Source of the DNA: Macrostomum lignano
Taxonomy: Eukaryota
Direction: 5' to 3'
Length of the DNA: 64,000 nucleotides
Assembly: GCA_002269645.1 (NCBI GenBank)
Contig: NIVC01003139.1
Span: forward strand, 1 to 64,000
The notes under the pieces are model-generated. The model did not search any database. It was not told the origin of the DNA and saw nothing but the letters and a program-made list of their open reading frames with translations. A program made the translations under genes and the position numbers. Numbering within the stretch: the stretch's first letter is position 1; each line of letters starts with the position of its first letter. Shown here in pieces: positions 23,726-35,867 of the stretch.

Positions 23726-24792
23726 ATGAATTTCAATCGAGTTTTGTCGATAATCGTTAGCCTAGTTGCCATAGCAATGACTGCTGATGCTACCACAAGC
23801 CGTCAGCTAATGTGGCTCAAGGACCGCGACAACCTCCAGGACTACTCAATGCTGGGCAGCAGGCGTCAGGTCGGACACCTGTCGATATGCCTGGCCTGGG
23901 TTGACTCGAAATTCTCAACAACCGCCCGACTGGCGAAATTCGATAAGTCGACAGGAGCCTGCGAAGCTTACGACTGCCGCCTGCGAGATCTGCCGTTGGA
24001 CGCACCCGGATGTAGGAAATGCAGAAGCGCCTCGAATATCAGCAATCCTGTGGTGTGGCTGAGGTCAATGTTTACCAGCTGTTGGACCACGGTGCAGCAC
24101 AGGGTGTCAGGCTCGGTAAATTTCCAACGAGTCTGGTCGGAGTACAGAACCGGCTTCGGCGAGGGACCCGATGGTAACTTCTGGATAGGTAAGTCGCTTA
24201 TTTGTTGCAGACAGATTAACAGTTTTACAGTAAGCAGCATCCTCTGGTGTAATCGACAGAAACGTATTTTGCAATGATCTATGAGGTTTGACATGATTTG
24301 AAGTGAAGCTACCGAGAAGTAAACTCCTTCTAAACCGATGCAGGCTTAGACCGGCTCTTCTCGCTGACCAATCCAACGCCGAGAAAACTGCTCATATTGA
24401 TGCGAGTGTGGAACAACTCGCAGAGCTGGGCTCACTACAGAAGCTTCTCTGTAGCTTCGGAAACGGATCTCTACAAGCTCAGCGTGTCCGGTTTCTCAGG
24501 AAGTGCCGGAATCGGGGATTCAATTGCTAAGCCGTGGGATGGACTTACGAACGTGATTACCAACGGTTTTCCATTCACGACAATAGAAAAGGACAATGAT
24601 AACGCAGATAGCAACTGCGCTAAGTCGTTTAAAGGCGCCTGGTGGTTCAACAGCTGCTTCGGTGCTCATCTCAACGGCCAATACCACAATTATCCTGAAG
24701 CGCTGAGCACAGCCTATGCTATGGGCATCAACTGGATGATGCCGTTCGAAGCCTACTACTCGTTGAAAGAGGCCGAGATGCTTGTTTATTGA
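23726..24792 (+). CDS. Secreted fibrinogen-related domain (FReD) protein, copy 2, complete (303 aa)
   Basis: Exons 23726-24188 and 24344-24792 joined by a phase-1 GT-AG intron; full FReD C-terminus (GINW...YSLKEAEMLVY*). Confidence 0.92.
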
Positions 24793-24873
24793 AAACCAAA
24801 CATAACGATTACAATTTAATCGAAGGACGCAACAATTTTTAACTGCATGAATACTTATTGTAGATTGTTTAGA

Positions 24874-25119
24874 CAGCGGCGTCGCCATGGATTTTATTGT
24901 TTTGGGGACAAAACCAGGAATTCTAACATGAAAAAGTTCTTACATTTTTTTGGTAATCGGTGTTGTTAGCATTCATTTGGGCGCCGCAGGCCCTATATTT
25001 TAGGGCTCTGAAGCAAAATATTGATTTCAAGATGATGCGTCCTGCGGAGGTGACGAAGCATTGGCATACCCCCTCCATGACTTTTACTGGGGGGTCCCTC
25101 CCCGATTGCGACGCCCCTG
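24874..25119. mobile_element. 246-bp hAT-type MITE
   Basis: TIRs CAGCGGCGTCGC / GCGACGCCCCTG; TSD tgtttaga/tgtttagt. Confidence 0.8.
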
Positions 25120-25446
25120 TGTTTAGTAGCGTTGTTTTACTGAAATTTTTATACTGTTCATGGGTGCGTCGCACGCAGGCCCCACCGGCCCAGCACGCCC
25201 ATGGCTGGTAGGGTGACTCCACCAAACCAGCAGCTTAATTGATGTGTCTGTGGCAAATTACTTACTGTTTGCGCACCTCCCTATGCGCCTAATTGCTCCC
25301 CATTACTGTGTCGTGCTATATAAGAACTTCATGTCTGACAAATACACTGTATACCCTCTCTCTCGCACCATCTTCTTGCAAGCATCGTACAAAAATCCAA
25401 TATATCGACTTGACTGTATTTGACTTACTTGACTGATATGTAGCTG

Positions 25447-26560
25447 AAGGCGGTCCGAAGACGCAGCGGGGAGGCGAGCGTCGTCCATTCCGCTAATCCC
25501 TGAGATGCCCGCATTGGCCAGGGCGCGGGGCCGGTCAGGAAGGTCTGTTGGTCCTGTCTGTAGCGTTTTCTTCGGTGGGAAGACGGAGGCTCGTTTGGTA
25601 GCCCGGAGGAACCGGATGAGAAGTGGAATGTTCTCGGGCCGGCAAGCGTCTTCTAGGGACGGGTTGGGCCCGAGGTAGTTGAGCCGGTCTCGGATGAAGG
25701 CCAGCTGCTGTAACAGACGAAGTGTTTGGCGTTTTGTTCTCGAGGTTGCAGAAGAGGCAGAGCTCGCTCCGGAGAAAACAGTAAAGCAAGCAAAGCGTGA
25801 CTTGTGAAGGTCCTAATGAGAGCGCGGATATCGTTTCGACTCTGGTTCAAAAGGATTCTCCACAGATTGAGGGGACGGGTTGGGCACTACCGCCCGGGAT
25901 CGGCGGCAGTCGGTAATACCATCCGATCTGTGTAGGTGCAGATATCCAGTGAGCGGCTGGGATGGGGCCAGAGGCACGGGGCCAAGGAGCGAGCTGAAAC
26001 TGCCTGTCCTTAGCGAGCCAGCGAGCTCGTTACCTTTAAAGCCGGCGTGTCCTGGGATCCACGAGTTCTTCCGAGCCAGCTTGTTGAGCTGCCCGATACA
26101 GTCTCGGACTGTTCGGCAGTTCGTAGTGTTGTGTGGAACAGGGCCTGCAGGGCAGCTTGGCTGTCATTCTTCCGCCTTTAAAGTCCCTGCATGCAGCAGA
26201 GCTCAGCAGCGCAGGAGCTGATGGCGAGGACTTTGTTTTGGAAGACACTAGGAGAGTCTACCGATATGTTGGGCGTGAGTGGAAATCACGTGGCCATTGA
26301 TAAGGATGCAGACACCATAGCTGGATGCACCGTCTTTGGAGGATCCGTCAGTGAAGCAGCGGACCTCCCTGGGGGCCCATCTGTCGTCAGCGGTCTCCCT
26401 GGAAGGGATAGTGACTTTGAAGGGCTGTAAGAGATTGAGAGAGAGCGCGGCTCAGCGTCCGATATATAGGACAGCGGTGCTCCCGCTCTCCCCCAAAGTT
26501 TCAAGGCACAGGTCAGAGTGCGGCGGGAGCTTGCGTTTCGTGAGACTCGGCTGAGTTCTT
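25447..26560 (-). mobile_element. Degenerate non-LTR retrotransposon 3' region (RNase H plus C-terminal CCHC)
   Basis: Minus-strand frameshifted motifs DSQAALQAL, SWIPGHAGFKGNELAG, SRNDIRALIRTFTSH and LCLFC...KHFVC. Confidence 0.8.
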
Positions 26561-27089
26561 ACGGTAAGCCTTACTCATTTGCGCCAGGTTTTTGAGTCGA
26601 CTCATTATTATTGTTGTGGTTGAGTCTATTGAGACTCCATTGGTTGTAGTCTCCAGAAGGACTACCCTGATAGCCATTAGAAGACTATCAGTAAATACCG
26701 GAGCTATACCTAGAGTGAATTAAGACACTGCTAGAAGGAGAAGGCTTAATTGAATCCGCAATGCGCAATCCGCAATAGGATCTCCATTGTTAATATGCTT
26801 CATTATATTGTTATATTGTTATTGTTATATTGTTGTTCTTATATTGTTAATATGCATAGTTAAGATTCTGATTAGTCCGAACGACAGATATCGGCCGGAA
26901 ACGACTTCATTGGAAGTAAAGAGGAACCTGCACTAGGACAACTAAATCTAGACGTCTAAACTGATTGAGACCGAGAAATACGCAAAGGAAGAGCTCTCCA
27001 AATCAGGACTCAAGGTAAGATACCTTTATTTGATTACTGAGTTGCCTAGCAATGGCTAAAAGTGATTGTTCCTTGATTACTAAGAAAGT

Positions 27090-27756
27090 ATTGGTAGTAA
27101 GGAACACATCAGGTGGAGACCAAGGTGGAGGGTTGAGCCATACGGTAGTCGCTTGGTCCATCCTTCCGTCAGGGCGAGGACCTGTTGTGGTACAACATGT
27201 ACACAAGACCACTAGGGTGGAGATCCGAGCGCCGCTTGAGCAGAAGTTGCCACAGCTGCTCCCCAGACTTGATGGCGCTGGCGGCCGGGATCCAGATCCA
27301 ATGACGGATGGTTTTCGGCCGCTCGCTCTCCAGGGCGAAGTTCAGCTGACCCAGGTCGCTGTGCCAGTCGAACGTGGGCAGTTGATCGCGCAGGAGATGG
27401 GTGCACTCTCCTCGGATTCGCACCACAGAAGGATGCACCCGTTTATGTTGTTGGACTTTGGCGATGTCCACGAAGACATCCTTCAAGGTTAGGTTTAGCA
27501 AGGCCTCAATCGTCGAAGGTGCGCCGCTCAAGTGTCGAGCTGCTCAGACGTCAAATCGCTGTCCCCGCCGAGAACCATCATATGGCGGGTTGGAGCGGCT
27601 GCTTGACCTTGAACGCACACATGCATGTCTCCGAGGTCGTGCCCGGGACCGCTTTGTCATTGGAAGGCGGCAGGCTGGCTGACCCCCTGAGAGTCCGAGA
27701 ACAAGGCGGTTCCAGACGGTACAGCCGCGCCACCAGACTCTATAGGGGGCTTCCAT
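27090..27756 (-). mobile_element. Probable LINE ORF1 remnant (DUF4780/Loa-R1-like)
   Basis: CTHLLRDQLPTFDW...ERPKTIRHWIWIP...EQLWQLLLKRRSDL resembles my recollection of the DUF4780 ORF1 pattern (P..RA.VWIP...E.IL..L). Same strand as, and upstream of, the RNase H remnant; in-frame stop present. Confidence 0.4.
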
Positions 27757-30284
27757 AATAATAAATCTAAGTTGCTGCTATTAGTGACTATCATGAGCTC
27801 AATAAGCTCAAAAGCAGATACGCTACGGTAAACACACTAGGAAGAAACTGAAAATTTTCGACATCATGTTGAAATATCCAGCAATACTAGGAATCATATC
27901 CAAGCAGAATTTCTGATGTGCAATAAAAATTGAAACTCCATTCATATGCTTCCCAAGGTTTGGTATGAATATATTCGGTGATTTTTTGGTCCTACGAGCG
28001 TTTGCTGGAGAAACTTTATAAAACAAATTGAGCGTATTTGCCACTATAGAATTTCATGTCAAGATTTATCAAAAAAAATTGAACAAATTTATATCGAATA
28101 AATGACTTGATTTGTTTAAATATCGATGATTGAATTCAATTTCAAAAACGAAAAAAATCCACCAAATTTATGGCATACGAATTATAAATAAAATTCATTT
28201 TAATAATTTCTATTAGTTTTTTGCCGACTCGAGTTGTTGTAGTGAGTGAATCGAGGCTAGACCGCTTGTTGTAGTCGATAGTTGCCGAAAGCTTGCAGGC
28301 GAGAATAATAGCGATCAGTATATTTATTGAATTATTGAGCTGAGTCAGAATGGTGGCTAAAGTCGCACCATGCACATTTGATATTGTACGCAAAGGATTG
28401 AGCTGGCAGAGTCACGCGGCGCAGCCGCTAACAACCCCCCCCCACACACACGATAGTAGGCGCTGCCTACAGTTATTATAACATATCCATTCCAATCCAT
28501 GGATCCGGCCCACAATAAATGTTTCATGTATTTGTTCGCCGAACACAATTCCATATCCAAGGACTACAAGAAGAAGAATTTTAACGAAGTGACTTCAGTG
28601 GTCCTTGATGTACATATAGCTTTCTCCAGATGACTCTCATCTTAAGATCATATCCAAGAGGAAAAAATCAGGACCTAAGAAAGACAAAATTACAATTTTA
28701 GACTACCTAACATAAATAGGTTCGCCGCTTTTCATTTTCGTACTGATTCTGGTTCGGGAACTGGATATTCTGTGCAAGGACCACTGTATATAGTTTTATA
28801 CAGATATACAGTGTAGCTATAGCTATACATGTAGCTATACTATTATACATGTACAGTGGTCCTTGATTCTGTCTGGAACCCTTCGTGAAAGTTTATTATT
28901 TATCAGCCGGCACCCGTGTCACACTTCCTAAAGGGGAAAACTACACAAACTCGCAATGGTGTTCAATGGGGAAACTACATGCATATATATAGGTAGCGCT
29001 TTACTCAAGGAGTGTAAGCAGTGCATATAACATTTCAGCCGGAGGTAAAAATTCAGAATGTAGTTAACCTCTATCTCAGAAATATTTTTCTTTTAACTGG
29101 TTTACACTCCGTCACGTGAGTTATAGCATATGCTTTCTGATTATGCAGTCCATATAAATTCATTTTGTTTAAAACCGTACTTAACCCAAACAATTTTTTA
29201 ACCTAAGAACGATAACTTAATAAAATTGCCCACACAAGAATCAAGAAAAGTATCTATCAAACTAGTCTAGCCTAAAGTATTAGCTATATAGTTAAAAGAA
29301 AGGCAATAAGAGACTGCTATACCTTTATTTGCTCGTCTACACATCTAAACAGTTTTTTTATTTTTTAACCTTTATTCGCTTTTTTGGTAGAGACCTAAGT
29401 CACCGTTTATAATGTTGTAGAATGTGGGATCGAATTGAAATGCTCTGCTCTTTTTGTATTGAATGTGGGAATAAAAGCGAATTTCTCTTTGTCTCGGAGT
29501 CTTAAATAGTTGTCAAATTATACCATATACCAGTATAATGACATACTCGAGTTTAAAATATTAAAACTATCATATTATGAACTTTTATTATGTTAATGCT
29601 TGTAGTTTGAATGAACAACTTGGCTAAGTTACTTGACCTATTGCATTGTTTATTGTTTAAGGAGAATTTTGTACTCATACTTTTTAGATTAAATTTAGGT
29701 TTTGGACATATTCTGCTAGTATAAGCTTGTAAAGTTGTAACCTTTTTTTATAAATTATTGCCATATTGGCCAACCTCATTTAATTTTAAAGTAATTTTTC
29801 AACCATGATAAGAACAAAATTTTGAATGCTTTCTAGCATGCTTGAAATTAGTATGAGGTTCATAGATTCTAAAGTTTCATTTGAGGGTTAATAAATAAAA
29901 ATTTACTTTATGTTATGTTAAAGCCAAGGCTAAAGCACCAAGAGTATTTTTTATTATTTTGAAATGATGTCCAACTTTGGTAATACTTTTTATAGCTTTT
30001 AATACATAGCAAAACATTTTCATTTTCTATATAATAGATTCCAGAGAACAAATATTAGTTAATACAAATCCTTTGCTACTCACTAGGCTTCAGTTTTGGC
30101 CATGATCACAATAACAAATTGTAATATCATGACCAAATGGAATTACAATCAACTTTTAATTGTGATAGTTAGTTTGTAGTCGCTATTTATTTTTAAAATT
30201 TTCATGATAATTCTATAGGCCTACTTTTAATGGAACTTTAAAAAACCTAACAAATCTATCTTTCACCAAACCAAGAATTGGTCC

Positions 30285-30451
30285 ATTACCAACCTGAGAA
30301 TCGGTCCTTTGACAACCTGAGAATCGGTCCTTTGACAACCTAAGAATCGTTCCTTTGACAACCTAAGAATCGCTCCTTTTCCAACCTCAGAATCGGTCCT
30401 TTACCAACCTAAAAATCGGTCCTTTACCAACCTAAAAATCGGTCTTTTACC
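30285..30451. repeat. 23-bp minisatellite (AACCTAAGAATCGGTCCTTTACC), left portion split by the hAT insertion
   Basis: Same unit as 35868-36560 and 43835-47260. Confidence 0.9.
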
Positions 30452-31313
30452 CAGTGGCGAACTCAGGATTTAGTTTTGGGGGGGGGCCGCAATCCTTAGG
30501 GGCGCCAATGTTGGGTGTCTTGTGGGGGCGCCATTTGCCAATGTTGCGTGCTTAAAATTTAAATCATGAATATTGAACAATTTGAGCACTTTTGTATTTC
30601 GACTTGTACTTATTTATTAGAAAATAACTATTATGCTTAATTTGTTTATTGGACTTTATGTATGATCACGTAGGAACAACCGCGAAATTGGCATTCAAGG
30701 CATCAATCAGAATCGATTCAAATGCGCGCAAAAGTTAAGTACAATAACTAAACTCACATGCAAATATAGACAATATTTTGTACTGACAGATTAAAAAAAC
30801 TCATAGCATGGGAAAGTCGTTTTACGATGTGAGAAATTTTCATTAAATTTGAGCATGAAAAGTTTCAGAGTAATGAGAAAGGTATGAAACATTCGCCGAA
30901 TTTTGCACAGACACTTCTATAGAAACTTTTTAAAGAAACATAAATAAATGTCCAAATATAATAGGCAACTCCTGAAAACACTGCACATATACTTTTATCG
31001 TCCATGCTTGCAGATTTTTTAAAGCAGTTTTCATTGAATAGAATGATCTAGAAGCCTCGCAAAATGACAAAGAACTTGTTTTACTACACCCAGTCACCCA
31101 TTATTTCTTGGAAATCAACTAAGTATATAACAAGTATCTGTGGAAGTAATAAATAAGCCTATTTGAACAGCTTGCTAAAATGTCAATACACAGAATACGC
31201 AAAGCAGGAAAATGTCAATACATAAGATCCGGTAAATGGCACCTACTACAATAGTATATGACGGCTCGTACTCGTACGAGCTAGGATCGCAAATTAAAAC
31301 AATAGCTAACACT

Positions 31314-34300
31314 TCAAAGTAAAAGTTCTATCCGTCTGGGCTGCGACGCGAACCTTTGAAGAACTTCTTCAGGAGCTGGGCAAGCGCTACGGTGGCATTG
31401 GAGCAGCAGAATCGATTGCAGGCGATCCTCTCCCATTGTGCTGCGCTCAACAGTTAAAGTCCTTTTTAGCTTGGAAAAAACTCTCTCTGGCTCACACGTT
31501 GAGACTGGAAGAGTAGCCAGGATCATGAGTAGTCGCTGAATGTTTGGAAATTTATGCACGCTACAAGTCTTTAATGCTTCAAGTGCTGACCCAGGACGGT
31601 CTCGCGTCGACACTGCTGCCCACTGTCGACGCCATAGCAGGTACTCTTGCTTCACCACTGAAGGTGGGTCTGTAAGTTGGCAGTTGTACTTCAGCACAGC
31701 TTCCTGCACTTTACTCCATTGCTCCTCCATGTCAACAAGCTTTTCGTGAAAAAACTTTGGTATCAGAAGCGTCAAGTTGAAGGCACGCTTTTGTGGAGCA
31801 TCAAATCGCAGTTTGATATCTGATATGATTGCTGCTACTGCCGGATAGAAAACCGTTTCTCTGTAATGCTGCTCAGCTGTTACCGACACCGGTTGCCGGG
31901 ATCTTGTAGTTGCAAATGCAAAATGTTCTCGTGCAGAGCGAATTCTTGGCGGCCTTACTTCGATATCAAATTCTGCAGCGAGCTGTTCAACTTTAGAGAA
32001 TACTTCTCTAAATCGCACCTCACTTTGAAGCTCTTCCAGTTCAGCCAGGACATGATGAACATCTGCTAAAGCTTCTACCAGTTCGCTGCTAGATGATTGC
32101 AGTCTTCGGGAAACAGGCAGCAGAAGACTGGCCAAGGTTTCAAGGACAATCATCCCAACAATAAAGTCCAAATTCAAAATAGCTGAATGGTGGCAAGCTG
32201 CAGAGCGAGCAGCATCGGTTCCTGGCCAGGAGCTGATTTCTTCTAAGGCTTGTTCAATGAAAGGAAAAAGCAATCGAAAGGTGACGACAGCGGTGTGGCG
32301 CTCCAAAAATCGAGTTTCACACAAACTAATGAGATGCCGCTTTGCCGTTTCAACTTCGTGATCATTTGATTGTATTAGACGTTTGAGCAAAGTAGTCCTT
32401 TTGCTGCTTGACTTGAAGCCTGCTACAACCTCTTGAATGACTCCCATGGAATTTCTGATGATCTGGACCTTAATGGCATTTGCTGCGCTTAAATTCAACC
32501 AGTGAGCCATACAATGAAAGTAGTCCGCTTGAGGGGCCTCTTTGCGGATAAAAGCAGCAACTCCAATTCTCTCACTCGCCATGGCAGCGGCACCATCGTA
32601 GCATTGTGCTACGCACTGATTCAAATCAAGTCCAAGAGTGCATAGGCGCCTGACAATTGCGGATGAAATATTCGCACCACTGAGTCGCAAATTCTCCCAT
32701 CCATCATAATTTTCAGCTATATCAGCAACAACATCTAGCATTGCAACTGGCTCTTCGAATTGCTGAAAAGCACCATCTTCAGTTTGTTCTACAAATTGAA
32801 CAACGATGACCAGCTGCTCCCTCTTCTGTACATCCATCGTTTCATCGACAATCAGTGCCCAGAACATAGCATTCCTAACTCGAGCGACAATTCTTTCTTG
32901 AATAAGTTGCAACGCGACATCCAAAGTTTCATTCTGAATTCGAGGAGAAAAATATGTCGCGTTTAACGATGCTTGTCTAGCATGTGCTCCCAAGACACTG
33001 TCCCCAGCTCGAATACGAAATCGTAAAAGCGCTCGGAAATTTCCATCATTGACTTTTGGCTCTTCTGCCTCTTGAGAATTGTCTGATTCTGGGAATAAAG
33101 GCTGATTTTCTCCGCGGTGCCCACGCAAACTGAGATTTTGTCTTGCGCATGTCAGCACTGTGTCAATCACTGATATAAGAATTTCCCTGTTTTTACTGAT
33201 TTGCTGTTGACGCGTCTTCTCAATTTGGGAGCGAATGTCGTTGGTTTCTTCTCCAAATAATGTGCGCTTCTCAAACTCCTTCATTTTTTCTACATTTGCT
33301 AGATGAAAAGCGGTCTTCTCGTGACAACTAAGGTGTCCACTCTTGCCAGTGAGTTCGTCAAAACGCTGTAGTGGCTTCATAACTAATACGCCAGGCATTT
33401 GTCCACCCCCATGAGAGCGCCCTCCAACTCCAGCTGCTGATGAAAATAATACACATGGGGTGCAAAATACGCCTTCAAGTCCAGAGACTCGGCTCACAGA
33501 TAGCCAGGGAAACTCTTCAAGATGACTGGGCATAATTTTTCGTTTTCTCTGACGTCCTTGACATCGATGCATTGAAAATGGAAAATGCTCTTGCTTTTTC
33601 GGCACCCACGGTTTAAAAAACTTTCGTCGAATTTCGATATTAATTGAACTTAGTTTAACAGCAAGACCGATGTCATTTTCAGCGACAAAGTGCTGTGACT
33701 GAATTCTGTCTTCAATGATAAGAGCTGAGCCACAAAGTGAAGCTGTGCTTACATTAGAGAAGAGAGCGCTTGGAGCTGAAGCGGCTGGATTGTCTGGGGC
33801 GCCGCCGACGTCAAGGGCGGCAGCTGAAGCGGCTGGATTGTCTGGGGCGTTGCCGACGTCAGGGGCGGCAGCTGAAGCGGCTGGATTGTCTGGGGCGCCG
33901 CCGACGTCAAGGGCGGCAGCTGAAGCGGCTGGATTGTCTGGGGCGCCGCCGACGTCAAGGGCGGCAGCTGAAGCGGCTGGATTGTCTGGGGCGCCGCCGA
34001 CGTCAAGGGCGGCAGCTGAAGCGGCTAGATTGTCTGGGGCGCCGCCGACGTCAGGGGCGGCAGCTGAAGCGGCTGGATTGTCTGGGGCGCCGCCGACGTC
34101 AAGGGCAGCAGCTGAAGCGGCTGGATTGTCTGGGGCGCCGCCGACGTCAAGGGCGGCAGCTGAAGCGGCTGGATTGTCTGGGGCGCCGCCGACGTCAAGG
34201 GCAGCAGCTGAAGCGGTTGGATTGTCTGGGGCGCCGCCGACGTCAAGGGCGGCAGCTGAAGCGGCTGGATTGTCTGGGGCGCCGCCGATGTCAAAGGCGG

Positions 34301-34553
34301 CAGCTGAAGCGGTTGGATTGTCTGGGGCGCCGCCGATGTCAAGGGCGGCAGCTGAAGCGGTTGGATTAACTTGCTCGCAGAGGGCGGTGCTTGAAGCAGC
34401 TGTGATGGCTTGTGTAGCCTTGTCGCCTTTATCATCTGAACGACTTGAAAAATACTGTCGGATCTGGGCGCTCTCCTTTGCGCTGTCTTTGAGCAATCGA
34501 GCACGTTTATTTCTTCTACCTTCAGCTCCAGATAATTTTCTTTTTGTCGACAT
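31314..34553 (-). CDS. hAT transposase, 1079 aa, uninterrupted
   Basis: TTF-type zinc finger (FPWL...FCTPCVLF...H), DUF4371-like region (NLSLRGHR, GNFRALL, YFSPRIQNE), catalytic LIVDETMD, CYDGAAAM, CMAH and EPERVFS, plus the C-terminal hAT dimerization region. Confidence 0.95.
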   Translation of the reverse strand: MSTKRKLSGAEGRRNKRARLLKDSAKESAQIRQYFSSRSDDKGDKATQAITAASSTALCEQVNPTASAAALDIGGAPDNPTASAAAFDIGGAPDNPAASAAALDVGGAPDNPTASAAALDVGGAPDNPAASAAALDVGGAPDNPAASAAALDVGGAPDNPAASAAAPDVGGAPDNLAASAAALDVGGAPDNPAASAAALDVGGAPDNPAASAAALDVGGAPDNPAASAAAPDVGNAPDNPAASAAALDVGGAPDNPAASAPSALFSNVSTASLCGSALIIEDRIQSQHFVAENDIGLAVKLSSINIEIRRKFFKPWVPKKQEHFPFSMHRCQGRQRKRKIMPSHLEEFPWLSVSRVSGLEGVFCTPCVLFSSAAGVGGRSHGGGQMPGVLVMKPLQRFDELTGKSGHLSCHEKTAFHLANVEKMKEFEKRTLFGEETNDIRSQIEKTRQQQISKNREILISVIDTVLTCARQNLSLRGHRGENQPLFPESDNSQEAEEPKVNDGNFRALLRFRIRAGDSVLGAHARQASLNATYFSPRIQNETLDVALQLIQERIVARVRNAMFWALIVDETMDVQKREQLVIVVQFVEQTEDGAFQQFEEPVAMLDVVADIAENYDGWENLRLSGANISSAIVRRLCTLGLDLNQCVAQCYDGAAAMASERIGVAAFIRKEAPQADYFHCMAHWLNLSAANAIKVQIIRNSMGVIQEVVAGFKSSSKRTTLLKRLIQSNDHEVETAKRHLISLCETRFLERHTAVVTFRLLFPFIEQALEEISSWPGTDAARSAACHHSAILNLDFIVGMIVLETLASLLLPVSRRLQSSSSELVEALADVHHVLAELEELQSEVRFREVFSKVEQLAAEFDIEVRPPRIRSAREHFAFATTRSRQPVSVTAEQHYRETVFYPAVAAIISDIKLRFDAPQKRAFNLTLLIPKFFHEKLVDMEEQWSKVQEAVLKYNCQLTDPPSVVKQEYLLWRRQWAAVSTRDRPGSALEALKTCSVHKFPNIQRLLMILATLPVSTCEPERVFSKLKRTLTVERSTMGEDRLQSILLLQCHRSACPAPEEVLQRFASQPRRIELLL
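33780..34369 (-). repeat. 48-bp coding tandem repeat (16 aa NPAASAAALDVGGAPD x12) in the transposase N-terminus
   Basis: Twelve in-frame units are visible in the translation. Confidence 0.95.
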
Positions 34554-35867
34554 GAATCCGTCCAGAGTCCCGACTACGCTCTCAATGCATTCTCGATTCG
34601 ATAGGTTGAATTGGATTAATGCGTTTTTTTAAAGCTTATTTGCTTGGTTTTGCTTTGCATAAGGAATATTCCGTGAATGAGTCAAACACAGACGCTTTTA
34701 TTTACAAGTAAGCGTACGTTCATCATAGTACTTTCTTTCTACGTACTTTCAAGCGTAGCTCTTAGGGCTTAGGGCGTTGGGGGGGGGGGCAGGCAGTCCT
34801 TGTTTTACCTCCTCTCTCTCAACTCAACCCCGCGCGATCGATAATGGACGGGAGACGGTTTGCTTCATGTGGTGAGGGTATGCACACGATTTTAATGTAC
34901 AGCGGAGAGCTTTTTAGCTAACATGTTTATCAGTAGAGAATGGGTTGATTAAATTCAGTGGAGAGTTGTCTATTTGCCAAACTTATTCAATTGATGTTAG
35001 AAAAATGTGTACATTCTGACTGACGCCAAGTACAAGCATGCATATAGAAAGCGAGAATTGAACAGCTAGTTATTTGCGAAGTTCTTAAAAATTAAGTTAT
35101 TTCTGCTTAATGGAATGAAGAATTTTCAGTAAATGATTAGAATCTACATTTAGTATAGGTAGCTTTTCAAACTGATTAGTCATACCTTCATGATATTTGT
35201 TTCATTTATACGCACTTATTACAAAAACAAAATTAACTATCTGTTGGTGGGGCGTGGGCGCCTGTCGTTTGGTGGGTGGGCACCCTGTATCTTACAGTGC
35301 GCCCTTGTCTCTTAAATGGGCGTCCGTGTCCCTTAGGTGGGCGCCCCTATCATTCATCGAGCTTATACCCCATCGTTTCGTTGTTGGAGGGGCGCAATTT
35401 TTGTGGGGGCACAATTTTTTTAAGGGGCAATTTTTGTGGGGGCGCAATTTTTGTGTGGCCGCAATTTTTGTGCGGGGATCGATAGGCGGCGGGAGCTTAC
35501 GGCACCGGGGGCACGTTTACCGCACGGGCGGTAATTTTTAGTGCCTTTTCTGATATTTTAGGCCCTAATTATTAGCAGCTTATATAAAGGTACCTGTGCT
35601 GTGCCCACTTGCCCTGTGCCCAGTGCCCCCCTAAAATATTAGGCTCTGCCACTCCCTGGGGAGGGGGCAATTTTAGTGGAACTGTGGGGGCGCAATTTTT
35701 GTCAGGGGGGCAATTTTTGTGAGGGCGCAATTTTAGTGGGGAGGGGGGCAATTTTTGTGGGGGGGGGCAATTTTTGTGGGGTGCGCAATTTTTGTGGGGG
35801 GCGTAATTTTTTTGGCGGGCGATTGGGGGGGCCGCGGCCCCCCGGCCCCCCCCTGCGTACGCCACTG

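Larger units (their letters stand above)
20612..25446 (+). repeat. Segmental duplication copy 2
   Basis: Collinear with 11190-15990; homology ends at gatatgtagctg (25446). Confidence 0.92.
30452..35867 (-). mobile_element. Full-length autonomous hAT DNA transposon (5416 bp; Tip100/ZMYM1-PRKRIR-like group)
   Basis: TIRs CAGTGGCGAACTCAGG / CAGTGGCGTACGCAGG (14/16 match); 8-bp TSD CTTTTACC at 30444-30451 and 35868-35875; GC-rich subterminal repeats; internal transposase ORF. Confidence 0.95.
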
